A stretch of 64,000 bases of DNA from Thermoanaerobaculia bacterium (GTDB lineage: Bacteria > Acidobacteriota > Thermoanaerobaculia > Multivoradales > UBA5704): NCBI GenBank assembly GCA_045807625.1, contig JBJMHA010000085.1:38831-102830 (forward strand), written 5' to 3'. The notes under the pieces were generated by a model that made no database searches, had not been told where the DNA came from, and saw only the letters and a program-made list of their open reading frames with translations. This document shows, in pieces, positions 9,049 through 18,171 of this stretch. A program made the position numbers and the translations under genes. Numbering within the stretch: the first letter of the stretch is position 1; each line of letters begins with the position of its first letter.

Positions 9049-9444
9049 ATGCGCACGTACGAGCTGATGTTCGTGGTCGACCCTCGCGTCGCCGACGAGG
9101 AAGTGGTCACCATGATGCAGGATTACAAAAACATGATCACGGCCGGCGGATCCCAGATCACCGGCGAAGAGAACTGGGGGCGGCGCAAGCTCGCCTATCC
9201 CATCAACAAGGTCAACGAGGGCAAGTACGTCCTGCTCTACGTCAGCAGCGAGGCCGGCAAGACCGCGCTGCCCGAGGTGGAGCACCGGATGCGCCAGAAC
9301 GACCGCATCCTCCGCTACCTGACGGTGCGTACCGACGAGGATCTCAAGCGGGCCGCCCGCCGGCAGCCGGCCAAGGGCGGCGCCCCGGCCGGCGACCGCG
9401 AGCGCGACGACCGGATGAACGGCGAGCCCGAGGAGGAGGTCTAG
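9049..9444 (+). CDS. rpsF: 30S ribosomal protein S6
   Basis: MRTYELMFVVDPRVADEEVVTMMQDYKNMITAGGSQITGEENWGRRKLAYPINKVNEGKYVLLYV; RBS AGGGAGG upstream; conserved rpsF-rpsR-rplI order. Confidence 0.95.
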   Translation: MRTYELMFVVDPRVADEEVVTMMQDYKNMITAGGSQITGEENWGRRKLAYPINKVNEGKYVLLYVSSEAGKTALPEVEHRMRQNDRILRYLTVRTDEDLKRAARRQPAKGGAPAGDRERDDRMNGEPEEEV

Positions 9445-9447
9445 ACC

Positions 9448-9681
9448 ATGGCGCGCGCAAGAAAGGTCTTCTTCCGCCGGCGCAAGGTGTGTAAGTTCTG
9501 CGCCGACAAGATCGACTACATCGATTACAAGGACGTCAAGCTCCTGCAGCAGTTCATCCCCGAGCGCTCCAAGATCCTGCCGCGGCGGATCTCGGGCACC
9601 TGCGCCAACCACCAGCGCCCCTTGCAGCAGGCGATCAAGCGGGCCCGCCACCTGGCGCTCATCCCGTTCACCACGGACTAG
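9448..9681 (+). CDS. rpsR: 30S ribosomal protein S18
   Basis: [74 protein letters not shown] is canonical S18. Confidence 0.95.
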   Translation: MARARKVFFRRRKVCKFCADKIDYIDYKDVKLLQQFIPERSKILPRRISGTCANHQRPLQQAIKRARHLALIPFTTD

Positions 9682-9690
9682 GAGGGTAGC

Positions 9691-10137
9691 GTGAGAGTCA
9701 TTCTGCTCAGCGATCAGCGCCACCTCGGCCGCCGTGGCGAGGTGGTGGACGTCAAGCCGGGCTTCGGCCGCAACTACCTGGTCCCCCAGGGGCTTGCGCT
9801 CGAGGCCACGGACTCCAACATCAAGTACTTCGAGCACCAGCGGGCCAAGATCGACGCCCGGCACGGCAAGGAGCGCGAGGCCGCCCAGGAGATCGCCAAC
9901 CGGATGGCCAACGTCCGGGTGGAGATCCCCAAGCGGGTCGGCGAGACCGACACCCTCTACGGCTCGGTCACCGCGGGCGATGTCGCCGAGGCCCTGGAGA
10001 AGAAGGGCTTCACCATCGACCGCCGGCGCCTGGACCTCGAAGGGGGCATCAAGACCCTCGGCGATCATCCGGTGCGCATCGAGCTCCATCCCGAGGTGGT
10101 CGCCGAGGTGACCGTCTCGGTGGTGCGGGAAGAGTAG
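9691..10137 (+). CDS. rplI: 50S ribosomal protein L9
   Basis: MRVILLSDQRHLGRRGEVVDVKPGFGRNYLVPQGLALEATDSNIKYFEHQRAKIDAR... (GTG start) canonical L9. Confidence 0.95.
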   Translation: MRVILLSDQRHLGRRGEVVDVKPGFGRNYLVPQGLALEATDSNIKYFEHQRAKIDARHGKEREAAQEIANRMANVRVEIPKRVGETDTLYGSVTAGDVAEALEKKGFTIDRRRLDLEGGIKTLGDHPVRIELHPEVVAEVTVSVVREE

Positions 10138-10175
10138 ACCCATCATTTTTCTTATAAAAACGGGAGCGCCGGCGC

Positions 10176-11375
10176 ATGGCGGCGAGAGAAGAGAGCTCAC
10201 CTCCACGCCGGCCTTTGGGGCTCGACGACTTCCTCGTCGAGCCCACCCGCAACCTTGAAGACTGGCGCTGGCTGTGGTCGGGGGACCACGCGTTCCCCAT
10301 CCGCAGCCACCGCGGTGTCCTGGGCCGCCTTCTGGTCGGCTTCAAGCGCCTCCTGCGCCCGCTGGTCAAGACCCCCCAGAACGACCTCTGGGAGCGGCAG
10401 CGCACCTTCAACCTGATCCTCCTCGAACACCTGGAGCGCCTGGAAGCGGCCCGCGCCGACCACCAGCGGCGCATCGAGTATCAAGAGGCCCTCGACTCCG
10501 AGGGGATCCACGAGATCATGCGTCACAACGACGCCCTGTTCGCCCGCGCCGACCAGAAGCTCGACCGCTACCGGCGCGAGGCCCGCGACCTCCTGGGCAG
10601 CCTGGGAGCGGCGCTCGCCACCGTCCGCTCAGGCGCCCCCGCTCCGGAGGCGGTCGAGGCGGTCGCCCGGGCCCACGAAGAGCACGGCTACCTGGAGCTG
10701 GAGCGGCGCTACCGCGGCACCGAGGAGGAGATCCGCGAGCGGATCGCCGCCTATCTGCCCTATTTCCAGGACGTGCCCGGCCCGGTGCTCGACCTCGGCT
10801 GCGGCCGGGGGGAGGCGCTGGCCCTGCTGCGCGACCACGGCATCGCCGGCCGGGGGGTGGACGCCAGCGAGCGGATGGTCCAGCTCTGCCGCGAGCGCGG
10901 TCTGGAGGCCGAGGCGGGGGACCTTTTCGCGGTGCTGGCCGGCGTGGGGGAGGGGAGCCTGGGTGGGGTGGTCTCCTTCCACGTCATCGAGCACCTCCCG
11001 GCGGGAGCGCTCGACCGGCTGGTGCGGCTGGCGTACCGGGCGCTGCGCCCGGGGGGCGTGCTGATCCTGGAGACCCCGAACCCGCTCTCCGTGGTGGTGG
11101 CCGCCCGCAACTTCTGGCTCGACCCCACGCACGTCCGGCCGGTGCACCCCGACAGCCTGAAGCTGATGTACGAGCTCGCCGGCTTCGATCCGGTCGAGCG
11201 GCTGGACCTCCGCCCCTTCCCCGCGAGCCAGCGCCTCCCCGAGATCGACCTCGCCACCCTCCCGGCGGAGCAGCGCCCCCTGGCCGATCAGGTCAACCGC
11301 CTGCGCGACCGGCTGGACGAGGTGCTGTTCGGGTATCAGGATTTCGGGATGGTGGGGCGGAAGCCGCGCGGTTGA
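10176..11375 (+). CDS. Class I SAM-dependent methyltransferase with N-terminal helical extension
   Basis: Motif I VLDLGCGRGE, post-I acidic GVDASERM, motif II/III region VVSFHVIEHLP...GGVLILETPNP typical of Methyltransf_11/23-type enzymes. Confidence 0.75.
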   Translation: MAAREESSPPRRPLGLDDFLVEPTRNLEDWRWLWSGDHAFPIRSHRGVLGRLLVGFKRLLRPLVKTPQNDLWERQRTFNLILLEHLERLEAARADHQRRIEYQEALDSEGIHEIMRHNDALFARADQKLDRYRREARDLLGSLGAALATVRSGAPAPEAVEAVARAHEEHGYLELERRYRGTEEEIRERIAAYLPYFQDVPGPVLDLGCGRGEALALLRDHGIAGRGVDASERMVQLCRERGLEAEAGDLFAVLAGVGEGSLGGVVSFHVIEHLPAGALDRLVRLAYRALRPGGVLILETPNPLSVVVAARNFWLDPTHVRPVHPDSLKLMYELAGFDPVERLDLRPFPASQRLPEIDLATLPAEQRPLADQVNRLRDRLDEVLFGYQDFGMVGRKPRG

Positions 11376-11399
11376 TCCCCCGCCCGAACCCTCACCCCC

Positions 11400-11598
11400 G
11401 GCCCCTCTCCCAACCCCTCCCACCCACCCTCACTGGGAGAGGGAAAGCGGGAAGGGTTTTTCTGATCCGACCGATCGGACGGATCCGACGGATCGGTCGG
11501 ATCTAATTGGCCGGTAAGGGATTTTTGTTTTTCTCCCTCTTCTCCCGGTGTGGGAGGGCGGGAGGGGACGGGAGAAGAGGGCCGGGGTGATGAGGGCT
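11400..11598. repeat. Mosaic of intergenic palindromic elements: CCTCTCCC/GGGAGAGG hairpin, GATC-rich palindrome (GATCCGACCGATCGGACGGATCCGACGGATCGGTCGGATC, ~11462-11510), and CCCTCTTCTCCCGG...CGGGAGAAGAGGG hairpin
   Basis: Direct reading; ~11462-11596 recurs reverse-complemented at ~44995-45140; GATC palindrome also at 50150-50200; hairpin family also at 28699-28825. Lies between convergent methyltransferase and PBP genes. Confidence 0.6.
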
Positions 11599-11599
11599 T

Positions 11600-14116
11600 C
11601 TACGGCGGCGGGGGCTCCGTCGTGGGCGTATCCGCCGGGCCCGGGGTCGGCGGCGGCTCGGGTTGGGCGGGCTGGGCGCCGTTGGTCTTGTTCGGCATGT
11701 TCTCCCCTTCCTTCGGGATGTAGAACGCCTTCTGCTGGTACCAGGGGAGGCTGGCGATCGTCGACCACTGCGAGCTGTACTGCCGGTTGGGCTCCGTGCC
11801 GGCCACGAACGCCTCCTTGACCACCCGGGCTCCGTTGTCGGAGAGCAGGCCCGAGTAGTATTCGACGTCCTTCAGCAGCACGCCCGGCGGCACCTGGAAG
11901 CTGTCCCCCTTCTTCAGCCAGCCGGTCGCCAGGCCGTCCTCGGCGATCGACCGCCACATGGGGAGGGCGGCCACGGCGCCGCTCATGCCCGCGCCCAGCG
12001 AGCGCTTCTGGTCGTAGCCGATCCAGGTGAGGATCGTGTAGTGCGGGGTGAAGCCCACGAACCAGGCGTCCGAGTAGTCGTTGGTGGTGCCGGTCTTGCC
12101 CGCGATGTCGATCGGCAGGTCGTGGATGTCGTAGGCGGTGCCGTGGTCGATCACCCCCTCCATCATGTGGGTGAGCACGTAGGCGACCGGCGGCGCGAAG
12201 GCGATGTAGGTCGCCGGGAAGCGCTGGAACAGAATCTGGCCGTCGGGGCTCGTGATCTTCTCGATCAGATAGGGCTCGACGTGGGTCCCCTGGTTGGCGA
12301 TCGTGGCATAGGCCGAGGCCACCTCCATGGGGACGAGGTCGGCCGCGCCGAGCGCGATGCTGGGCCAGGTGGGGAGATTCGTCTTGACGCCAGCGCGGTG
12401 GGTGAAGTCGACCACCCGCTTGCCCCCCACCAGCTCGAACAACTTCACCGCCGGCACGTTGATCGACTGCTCCAGCGCCCGCCGCAGGGTCACGATCCCG
12501 TAGTGCTTGTGGTAGTAGTTCTCGGGCCGGTAGCTGAGCTTGCCGTCGGCGCCGATGAACGAGGTCGGCGCGTCGAGCAGGGTGTCGGCCGGGGTCCAGC
12601 CGGCCTCCAGGGCGGCGCCGTAGACGAACGGCTTGAACGACGAGCCCACCTGCCGCTGCGCCTGGGTGATGCGGTTGAACTTGTTGCGGTCGAAGTCCCA
12701 GCCGCCGACCATGGCGCGCACGGCGCCCGACTGGTTCTCCAGCACCAGGGCGGCGGCCTCCATCCGCGGCTCCTGCTCCAGCATCAGCCGCGGCTCGGCC
12801 GGCGCGGCGGGCGGCGGCGTCTGGCCGGCCTTGGCGCCCGCGGCGGCCTTCGGCTGCGGGATCTCGAAGCGGAACCAAGCCACCGCGCCGCGCTTCAGGA
12901 GCTCCCCCGGCTGCTTGCGGTTCGTCCAGGCGATCCCCTCGGGGCCGAGCGCGTAGGTCCCCTTGCCGATCCGGACGCTGGCGCTCTTCGGCCCCGACTC
13001 CAGCACCAGCCCCTGGTACCAGCGGCCGGGCACCGGCTTTCCCTGGTCCCAGGTGGGGAGCTGCTGGCTCTCGATCTCCGTCTCCTTGACCTCGGCGATC
13101 GGACCGCGCCAGCCGCGCCGGTGGTCGATCCTCAGCAGCCCCGCGCGGATGCCATTCTCGGCCGCCTTCTGGATCTGCGGGTCGAGGGTCGTCTGCACCT
13201 GCATCCCGCCCTCGTAGAGCTTGGTGTCGCCGTAATTCTGCTCCAGGTTCTTGCGCACGTCCTCGCTGAAGTAGGGCGCGAAGGTCTGCTCGGTCTGCTG
13301 CGGGGCCACCAGGGGCGGCTGGGCCACCGCGCGCTCGTAGTCGGCCTGGCCGATGTAGCGCTCGTCCAGCATGCGCCGCAGCACGCGGTCGCGCTGCCGG
13401 CGCACGAGGTCGGGGGTGCGGTAGGGGCTGTAGCGGCTGGGGGCGGGGATGATCCCCACCAGCATCGCCGCCTCGGGGAGGGTCAGCTTGGCGGCCGGCT
13501 TGCCGAAGTAGTAGCGCGAGGCGGCCTCCACCCCGTAGTTGCCGTGGCCGAGGTTCACCAGGTTCAGATAGAGGGTGAGGATCTGCTGCTTGGTGTAGCT
13601 CTTCTCGAGCTCGACGGCGACGAACGCCTCCTCGACCTTGCGGCGCCAGGTGCGCTCGCGGGAGAGGTAGAGGGTGCGGGAGAGCTGCATGGTGATCGTC
13701 GAGGCCCCCTCCTTCACCCGGTGCGAGCGCAGGTCGGTGAGCGCGGCGCGGGCGATGCCCAGGGCGTCGACGCCGCCGTGCTGGTAGAAGTTGGAATCCT
13801 CGGAGGCGAGCAGGGCGCCCTCCAGCACCTTGGGGATCTCGCTCTGCTTGAGCATCACCCGTCGCTCGCGGGCGAAGGTGGTGAAGACGTTGCCGTTCTT
13901 GTCGTAGAGCTGGGTGACCAGGCTCGGCCGGAAGTCGGCGAGCGCCTCCACCCGCGGCACGTGGATCGCCGCCGCCACCGCGACGCCGGTGATGGCGCCG
14001 ATCAGCAGCGCGGCGAGCACCGGCCAGACCCAGCGCAGCAGGCGCCGGGACTGGCGGGAGGGAGGGGCGGTGGGGGGGCGGCGCTCGGCATGCTCGGGCA
14101 ACGGTTCGTACTCCAT
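11600..14116 (-). CDS. mrcA: Class A penicillin-binding protein (bifunctional glycosyltransferase/transpeptidase, PBP1A-like)
   Basis: 838 aa; N-terminal TM anchor, GT51 motifs (EDSNFYQHGGVD, GASTITMQL, RKVEEAFVAVELEKSYTKQQIL), transpeptidase motifs (SSFKPF, SIN, KTGTT); Pro-rich C-terminal tail. Confidence 0.9.
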   Translation of the reverse strand: MEYEPLPEHAERRPPTAPPSRQSRRLLRWVWPVLAALLIGAITGVAVAAAIHVPRVEALADFRPSLVTQLYDKNGNVFTTFARERRVMLKQSEIPKVLEGALLASEDSNFYQHGGVDALGIARAALTDLRSHRVKEGASTITMQLSRTLYLSRERTWRRKVEEAFVAVELEKSYTKQQILTLYLNLVNLGHGNYGVEAASRYYFGKPAAKLTLPEAAMLVGIIPAPSRYSPYRTPDLVRRQRDRVLRRMLDERYIGQADYERAVAQPPLVAPQQTEQTFAPYFSEDVRKNLEQNYGDTKLYEGGMQVQTTLDPQIQKAAENGIRAGLLRIDHRRGWRGPIAEVKETEIESQQLPTWDQGKPVPGRWYQGLVLESGPKSASVRIGKGTYALGPEGIAWTNRKQPGELLKRGAVAWFRFEIPQPKAAAGAKAGQTPPPAAPAEPRLMLEQEPRMEAAALVLENQSGAVRAMVGGWDFDRNKFNRITQAQRQVGSSFKPFVYGAALEAGWTPADTLLDAPTSFIGADGKLSYRPENYYHKHYGIVTLRRALEQSINVPAVKLFELVGGKRVVDFTHRAGVKTNLPTWPSIALGAADLVPMEVASAYATIANQGTHVEPYLIEKITSPDGQILFQRFPATYIAFAPPVAYVLTHMMEGVIDHGTAYDIHDLPIDIAGKTGTTNDYSDAWFVGFTPHYTILTWIGYDQKRSLGAGMSGAVAALPMWRSIAEDGLATGWLKKGDSFQVPPGVLLKDVEYYSGLLSDNGARVVKEAFVAGTEPNRQYSSQWSTIASLPWYQQKAFYIPKEGENMPNKTNGAQPAQPEPPPTPGPADTPTTEPPPP

Positions 14117-14207
14117 GGAGATGGATTATAGGGCCGCCCGGGCGGGGGAGGGCGGGTTCTTTCATGATAGAAAGACGCTGGAGATCCACCCGACCCCTGG
14201 AGACCTC

Positions 14208-14678
14208 ATGGAACCCCCGCGCGTCGAGCCCGCTCCACCCCCCGCGTCCCCATTCAATCCCCAGGCCCGTCCGAAGGCGGGCGGCTGCCCCAAGCCGCTG
14301 ATCTTCGGCTGCCTCGGGTTGCTCGTGCTCGTGGGGCTGGGGTTCCTCGGCTTCTTCTTCTACGTGGGCACGCACGTCGGCCAGCTCCTCCAGTTTTCAA
14401 TGCGGCAGTCGGAGACCGCGATCACCGCGCAGCTCCCGCCGGAGGTGACGCCCGGCGACCGCCAGCGGCTCCATCAGGCCTTCGAGGCGGCGCGCCAGCG
14501 GGCCGGCCACACCGCCCGGGCCCAGGACATCGCCGAATCCAGCCAGCAGCTCCAGCTCAAGATGCTGCACGTCATCCGCAAGGGGCAGGATCACCAGCTC
14601 ACCCGCGCCGACGTCCAGGACCTCGCCAGCACCCTGGAGGAGTTCGCGCGCACCGGGACGGCTCCGGACGCGCGGTGA
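14208..14678 (+). CDS. Hypothetical single-pass membrane protein
   Basis: Internal ATG of ORF 13914..14678; MEPPRVEPAPPP... then hydrophobic helix LIFGCLGLLVLVGLGFLGFFFYVG; divergent from PBP gene. No recognisable domain. Confidence 0.5.
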   Translation: MEPPRVEPAPPPASPFNPQARPKAGGCPKPLIFGCLGLLVLVGLGFLGFFFYVGTHVGQLLQFSMRQSETAITAQLPPEVTPGDRQRLHQAFEAARQRAGHTARAQDIAESSQQLQLKMLHVIRKGQDHQLTRADVQDLASTLEEFARTGTAPDAR

Positions 14679-14701
14679 GCTTCGAGTAGACCGGCGAACG
14701 C

Positions 14702-16378
14702 TTACGGGCAGTGCTCGATCAGAAACTGGGCATCCGCCGTCAAGATGTCCGCGGCTCCAGGAGTGATCGATTTCCCTCTCTGGGCTTGCACTTCGTGGAG
14801 GAAAGCCTGATAGATATTGCCGGCGGTATCACACCTCTGGTCGTGGTATTGCCGCGCGGCGGCCTCGAGCTGGCCGAGCAGGGACTGGATCGGGTGCGTG
14901 ATCGCGCCGCTTGCCGCCAACTGACGGACGTCCTCCTCGAGGCTCTCCGGTGTGACGACGATCGAGAAGGTGACGGCGGCGGAGCTCTGGTTGCCCTGCC
15001 CGTCGACGGCGTTGACCGTGAACGTATGCTCCCCCAGGGACAGCTCGGTCAGCAGGTGGATCGGCTGGCCGTCCTGGAGGCCATGGCCCCCGACCGTCCC
15101 CGCCCCGTCCAGGCGCGGGCTGAAGCCGCGGACTCCCGTACACGCATCCGCCACCGTATAGTCGAGGACGAGCGTGTCGCTGTGGGTATAGGCGATCGGC
15201 TTCGGTTGCGCGATGGCGATTCCGGGCGCCCTGGAATCCACGACGCTCACCGCCAGGGTATCTCCCCCAAAGCTTCCCTGCCGGTCGGCGACGATGAGCT
15301 TCACCTCGTGCTGGCCGAGGCTCATCGGCACGTCGGCCTGGGATCCATTCGCCTCCTCCACGCCGTCCACATACCAGGTGAAGTGGTCGAGATCGTCGCT
15401 GCCGTCGGGATCCGAGGACGCGGCTCCGGAGAGTCTCGCCGTTCCGGTCTGGTTGCTGGCCGAGCACTCCACGGTCTGATCGGGGCCGGCCACCGCCCGC
15501 GGCGGCCGGTTGGCGAACTGGAAGACCAGGTCCACGGCGATGCTGATGTCGGCGCCCACGGCCTTCACCGTCCCGGCGAGGGTGAAGAGTCCGGCCGTTT
15601 CGTCATAGACGCCGCCGAGATTCGGGCTTTTGAGCGTCAGGGCGACCCGGCTCCCATCGATCTTGCCCGTGATGAAGAAGTTGGCCTCCGGAGGCAGGCT
15701 ATAACTCCCATCCGGCCCGAGCGTGGTCGAGAAGGGCGCGCCGTAGAGCTTGCCGTCCTCGATCGTGTGGGAGCTGTCGCCAAAGATGCCCCCCGAGGTG
15801 AAGCTGGTCGACCCCAGAGAGGCCTGCAGGAACGTGAAGGAGAGCGTCGAGCCGTCCTGGGTCGTCTGCGCGAGGAACGCCTGGGGCACGATCGTGAACG
15901 CGTGAATGTCGGAGCCCGAGATCCTCACCGTGGAGGGCGCCACGGCGTTGGCCAAGGTCTGGCCGAAGTCGCCGCTCTTGAATTCGCCACTGTCCGCGGG
16001 GCACCCATGGGAGGTCACGATAGGGGGCTGCGCGCTGCAGTTGGTGATCTTGCAGATGTTGAACCCGATCGTCTCTTTGCCGCTGCAAAGGGACTTGGTG
16101 GCCTCCGTGACATTGTCCGGCTTCGAGGCGTCGGTGCAGACGACTCCGCCGAGCCTGAGCTTCGCCCCGGCGTTGCACTGGTCGGTGCAAACACAGGTCG
16201 TTTCCACCAGATCGGGTCCTGGAGGGGGGCCGGAGCATCCTGGAAGCAGAACGGCCAGCCCGCCCAAGAGCAGCGCGCAGAGGATCCCACGAACGTTCCG
16301 AACAGCCTCCCCGGGGTCTTTGGGGCCGGCCGTCGCACGAGACAGCGGAAACGGTGGAGCTTGAAATATCGTTTTCAT
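14702..16378 (-). CDS. Lipoprotein with Ig-like/PKD-like beta domains and conserved C-terminal helical domain
   Basis: Start chosen at ATG 16378 (MKTIFQ...); signal peptide RGILCALLLGGLAVLLPGC|SG (lipobox); Cys-rich N-terminal region, beta-rich repeats (TFTVNAVDGQGNQSSAAVTFSIVV); C-terminal ~80 aa (ESLEEDVRQLAASGAITHPIQSLLGQLEAAARQYHDQ...AFLHEVQAQRGKSITPGAADILTADAQFLIEHC) resembles C-terminus of ORF 25565..28210. Confidence 0.7.
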   Translation of the reverse strand: MKTIFQAPPFPLSRATAGPKDPGEAVRNVRGILCALLLGGLAVLLPGCSGPPPGPDLVETTCVCTDQCNAGAKLRLGGVVCTDASKPDNVTEATKSLCSGKETIGFNICKITNCSAQPPIVTSHGCPADSGEFKSGDFGQTLANAVAPSTVRISGSDIHAFTIVPQAFLAQTTQDGSTLSFTFLQASLGSTSFTSGGIFGDSSHTIEDGKLYGAPFSTTLGPDGSYSLPPEANFFITGKIDGSRVALTLKSPNLGGVYDETAGLFTLAGTVKAVGADISIAVDLVFQFANRPPRAVAGPDQTVECSASNQTGTARLSGAASSDPDGSDDLDHFTWYVDGVEEANGSQADVPMSLGQHEVKLIVADRQGSFGGDTLAVSVVDSRAPGIAIAQPKPIAYTHSDTLVLDYTVADACTGVRGFSPRLDGAGTVGGHGLQDGQPIHLLTELSLGEHTFTVNAVDGQGNQSSAAVTFSIVVTPESLEEDVRQLAASGAITHPIQSLLGQLEAAARQYHDQRCDTAGNIYQAFLHEVQAQRGKSITPGAADILTADAQFLIEHCP

Positions 16379-16599
16379 CGGAGTGTTCCTCCTGCCAGAG
16401 AGTTGCGGTGGAATGACCTTTTCAGGGCCCTCAGAGGCTCGCGGCGCGCCCGAGAGGCGCTTCGCCGATCCCCGGCCCCTTTCAAGAGATCGCAACTCGC
16501 GGGAAAAAGACGACAGGAGGAAGCTCCCGGCCGGAAAGACCGCGAGCTCATCGGCTCGCAGCCGGGCGGCGGCATCTCAAAGGCGCGAAGAAATGTCCG

Positions 16600-16925
16600 G
16601 CCTACCGTGCCGCCGCCGAGAAGCTCCGGGCGGGGATCCGCGACGTGGTCTTCCCCCGAGGGGGACGCCGAAAGGCTCTTGGCGAGGGGCACCCGAGCGG
16701 GAGAGACTCTCATGCCGCAAGCGGCACCCGAGAGAGGTGAAAATTCCGTAGGGGCGGCCCTATGTGGCCGCCCTGGGAGGGGGGCCTGCTCCGGCCCTGC
16801 GACCCCACCCACCCAGGGCGGCCACATAGGGCCGCCCCTACATGACCTTCCCTATTTTCAGAACAGAGCGGAGAATAGGTGCCTATTGAGGATTGGCCAC
16901 GTAGATTAGGATGGCACCTGTTCGG
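16600..16925. repeat. Degenerate duplicate of the RAYT 3' end and its downstream region (left direct repeat), interrupted by a REPIN
   Basis: 16600-16712 matches 19384-19447 plus 19638-19680 (gagaagctccgggcNgggatccgcgacgtggtcttcccccg...gccgaaaggctcttggcgaggggcacccgagcggNagag); 16866-16925 matches 19681-19737 (agcggagaataggtgcctattgaggattggcNacgtagattaggatggcacctgttc). About 190 bp present at the right copy are missing here. Confidence 0.55.
16748..16852. repeat. REPIN (perfect inverted pair of GTAGGGGCGGCCCTATGTGGCCGCCCTG REP units around a 45-nt spacer)
   Basis: gtaggggcggccctatgtggccgccctg...cagggcggccacatagggccgcccctac read directly; inserted within the left direct repeat. Confidence 0.75.
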
Positions 16926-16946
16926 GACCAATTCTTTCGCGCTCGG

Positions 16947-17561
16947 CTAGGCTTGACCCACTGTGCCAAGCGCAATATCTCCAGCCGGAACATAGGTGCT
17001 CATCACGACGCCAGATGCTGAGACCTTCGAAGCCACGAGCCGCAGTGCACATGGCCTTGCGCCTTTTTCAAACAATCGCTTCCCACGGCCAAGGACGACG
17101 GGGTACGTCCATACGTGGTATTCGTCAATGAGAGATGCGGCTTGTAGCGTCTGAATTAGATTGCCGCTGCCAATGATTTGAAGATCGTGTCCGGGCTGCC
17201 CCTTGAGCGCGGTGATGGCAGAAACGACGTCACCGCCAAGTACCGATGAGTTGTTCCATTTCAATGACTTCAACGTGCGGGACGCCACATGTTTTTTTGC
17301 CGCGTTGAACGTCCGCGCAATCGCATTATCCTCTGCTTGGTGAGGCCAATAAGCCGCGAACATTTCGTAGGTTTTTCGGCCGAGTACAAGCTCTCGATCT
17401 TTACCATCGAAACCTGCCGCAGAAAGATCCGTTGTTTCGTCCCAGAAAGCCGAGGTCCAACCACCTAACGTAAAATTTCCGGTTGGATCTTCGTCCGGTC
17501 CGCCTGGCGCCTGCATGACACCGTCCAGTGATGTAAATGTGGACGCGATGAGTTTTCTCAT
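16947..17561 (-). CDS. Dihydrofolate reductase family protein (RibD C-terminal-domain type)
   Basis: MRKLIASTFTSLDGVMQAPGGPDEDPTGNFTLGGW...LVLGRKTYE...GSGNLIQTL pattern of the RibD_C/YwjB family; GC content visibly lower (~52%) than surroundings. Confidence 0.75.
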   Translation of the reverse strand: MRKLIASTFTSLDGVMQAPGGPDEDPTGNFTLGGWTSAFWDETTDLSAAGFDGKDRELVLGRKTYEMFAAYWPHQAEDNAIARTFNAAKKHVASRTLKSLKWNNSSVLGGDVVSAITALKGQPGHDLQIIGSGNLIQTLQAASLIDEYHVWTYPVVLGRGKRLFEKGARPCALRLVASKVSASGVVMSTYVPAGDIALGTVGQA

Positions 17562-17700
17562 ATAACTCTCCTATGATTGGATTACATCGTGCTCGCTAAC
17601 GCTTGAGCTGAGCGGCACACCGCAGCGACCGAGCGTCAGCGAGGGCGCGAGGATGTGTCCGCTCGAGCGAGTGTTAGGCGGCGACCTGTCCAGCCAGTTG

Positions 17701-18171
17701 TTACTCCCAATCCTTTTTCAGCATCAGCTCATCTATCCTGTAGGCGTGAAGCATCTCATGCATCAGCATATGCCTGAACATTATATACACCGAGTAGTGG
17801 CTGAACGCCTCATGCTCGGCCGTCCGCTGCCAATCGTCTGCGGATAGCTCCTTCAACCGCTTAACGACCAGCGTCCGCTCCCGCACGTACCGGCCCAGCG
17901 CTTCGTCCAGATCAACGCTCAGTAGTGAGCCGGCCTCCTCGTCCGGTGATGGTTCCATAGACTTTATTTGGGGGAGCGGGTCAGAGAGCATCAACTCCAA
18001 GCGTGCGAGGAATGTCGCCTGCCCGGTAGATATGTGACAGGCATGCTCGTGAGCGGACCACTTGTTCGGCGCAGGGCGGCGCTTGAGGTTCTGGGGTGGC
18101 ACCTCGCGGACGAGGCCAATGATAATGCCAGGCGCGGCCTCTAAAGTAGCTATCAACGTTTGCGTATTCAT
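17701..18171 (-). CDS. DinB/YfiT-like (DinB_2) family metal-dependent protein
   Basis: 156 aa with HEHACHISTGQATFLARL ... MLMHEMLHAYRIDELM four-helix-bundle His motifs typical of DinB_2; low GC like neighbour. Confidence 0.75.
   Translation of the reverse strand: MNTQTLIATLEAAPGIIIGLVREVPPQNLKRRPAPNKWSAHEHACHISTGQATFLARLELMLSDPLPQIKSMEPSPDEEAGSLLSVDLDEALGRYVRERTLVVKRLKELSADDWQRTAEHEAFSHYSVYIMFRHMLMHEMLHAYRIDELMLKKDWE

Noticed and set aside
11663-14131. 822-aa plus-strand ORF antisense to the PBP gene
   Set aside because: High-GC antisense artefact; minus strand encodes full class A PBP with all motifs.
14711-16909. 732-aa plus-strand ORF antisense to the lipoprotein gene
   Set aside because: Low-complexity Arg/Gly-rich translation; also runs through REP and direct-repeat DNA.
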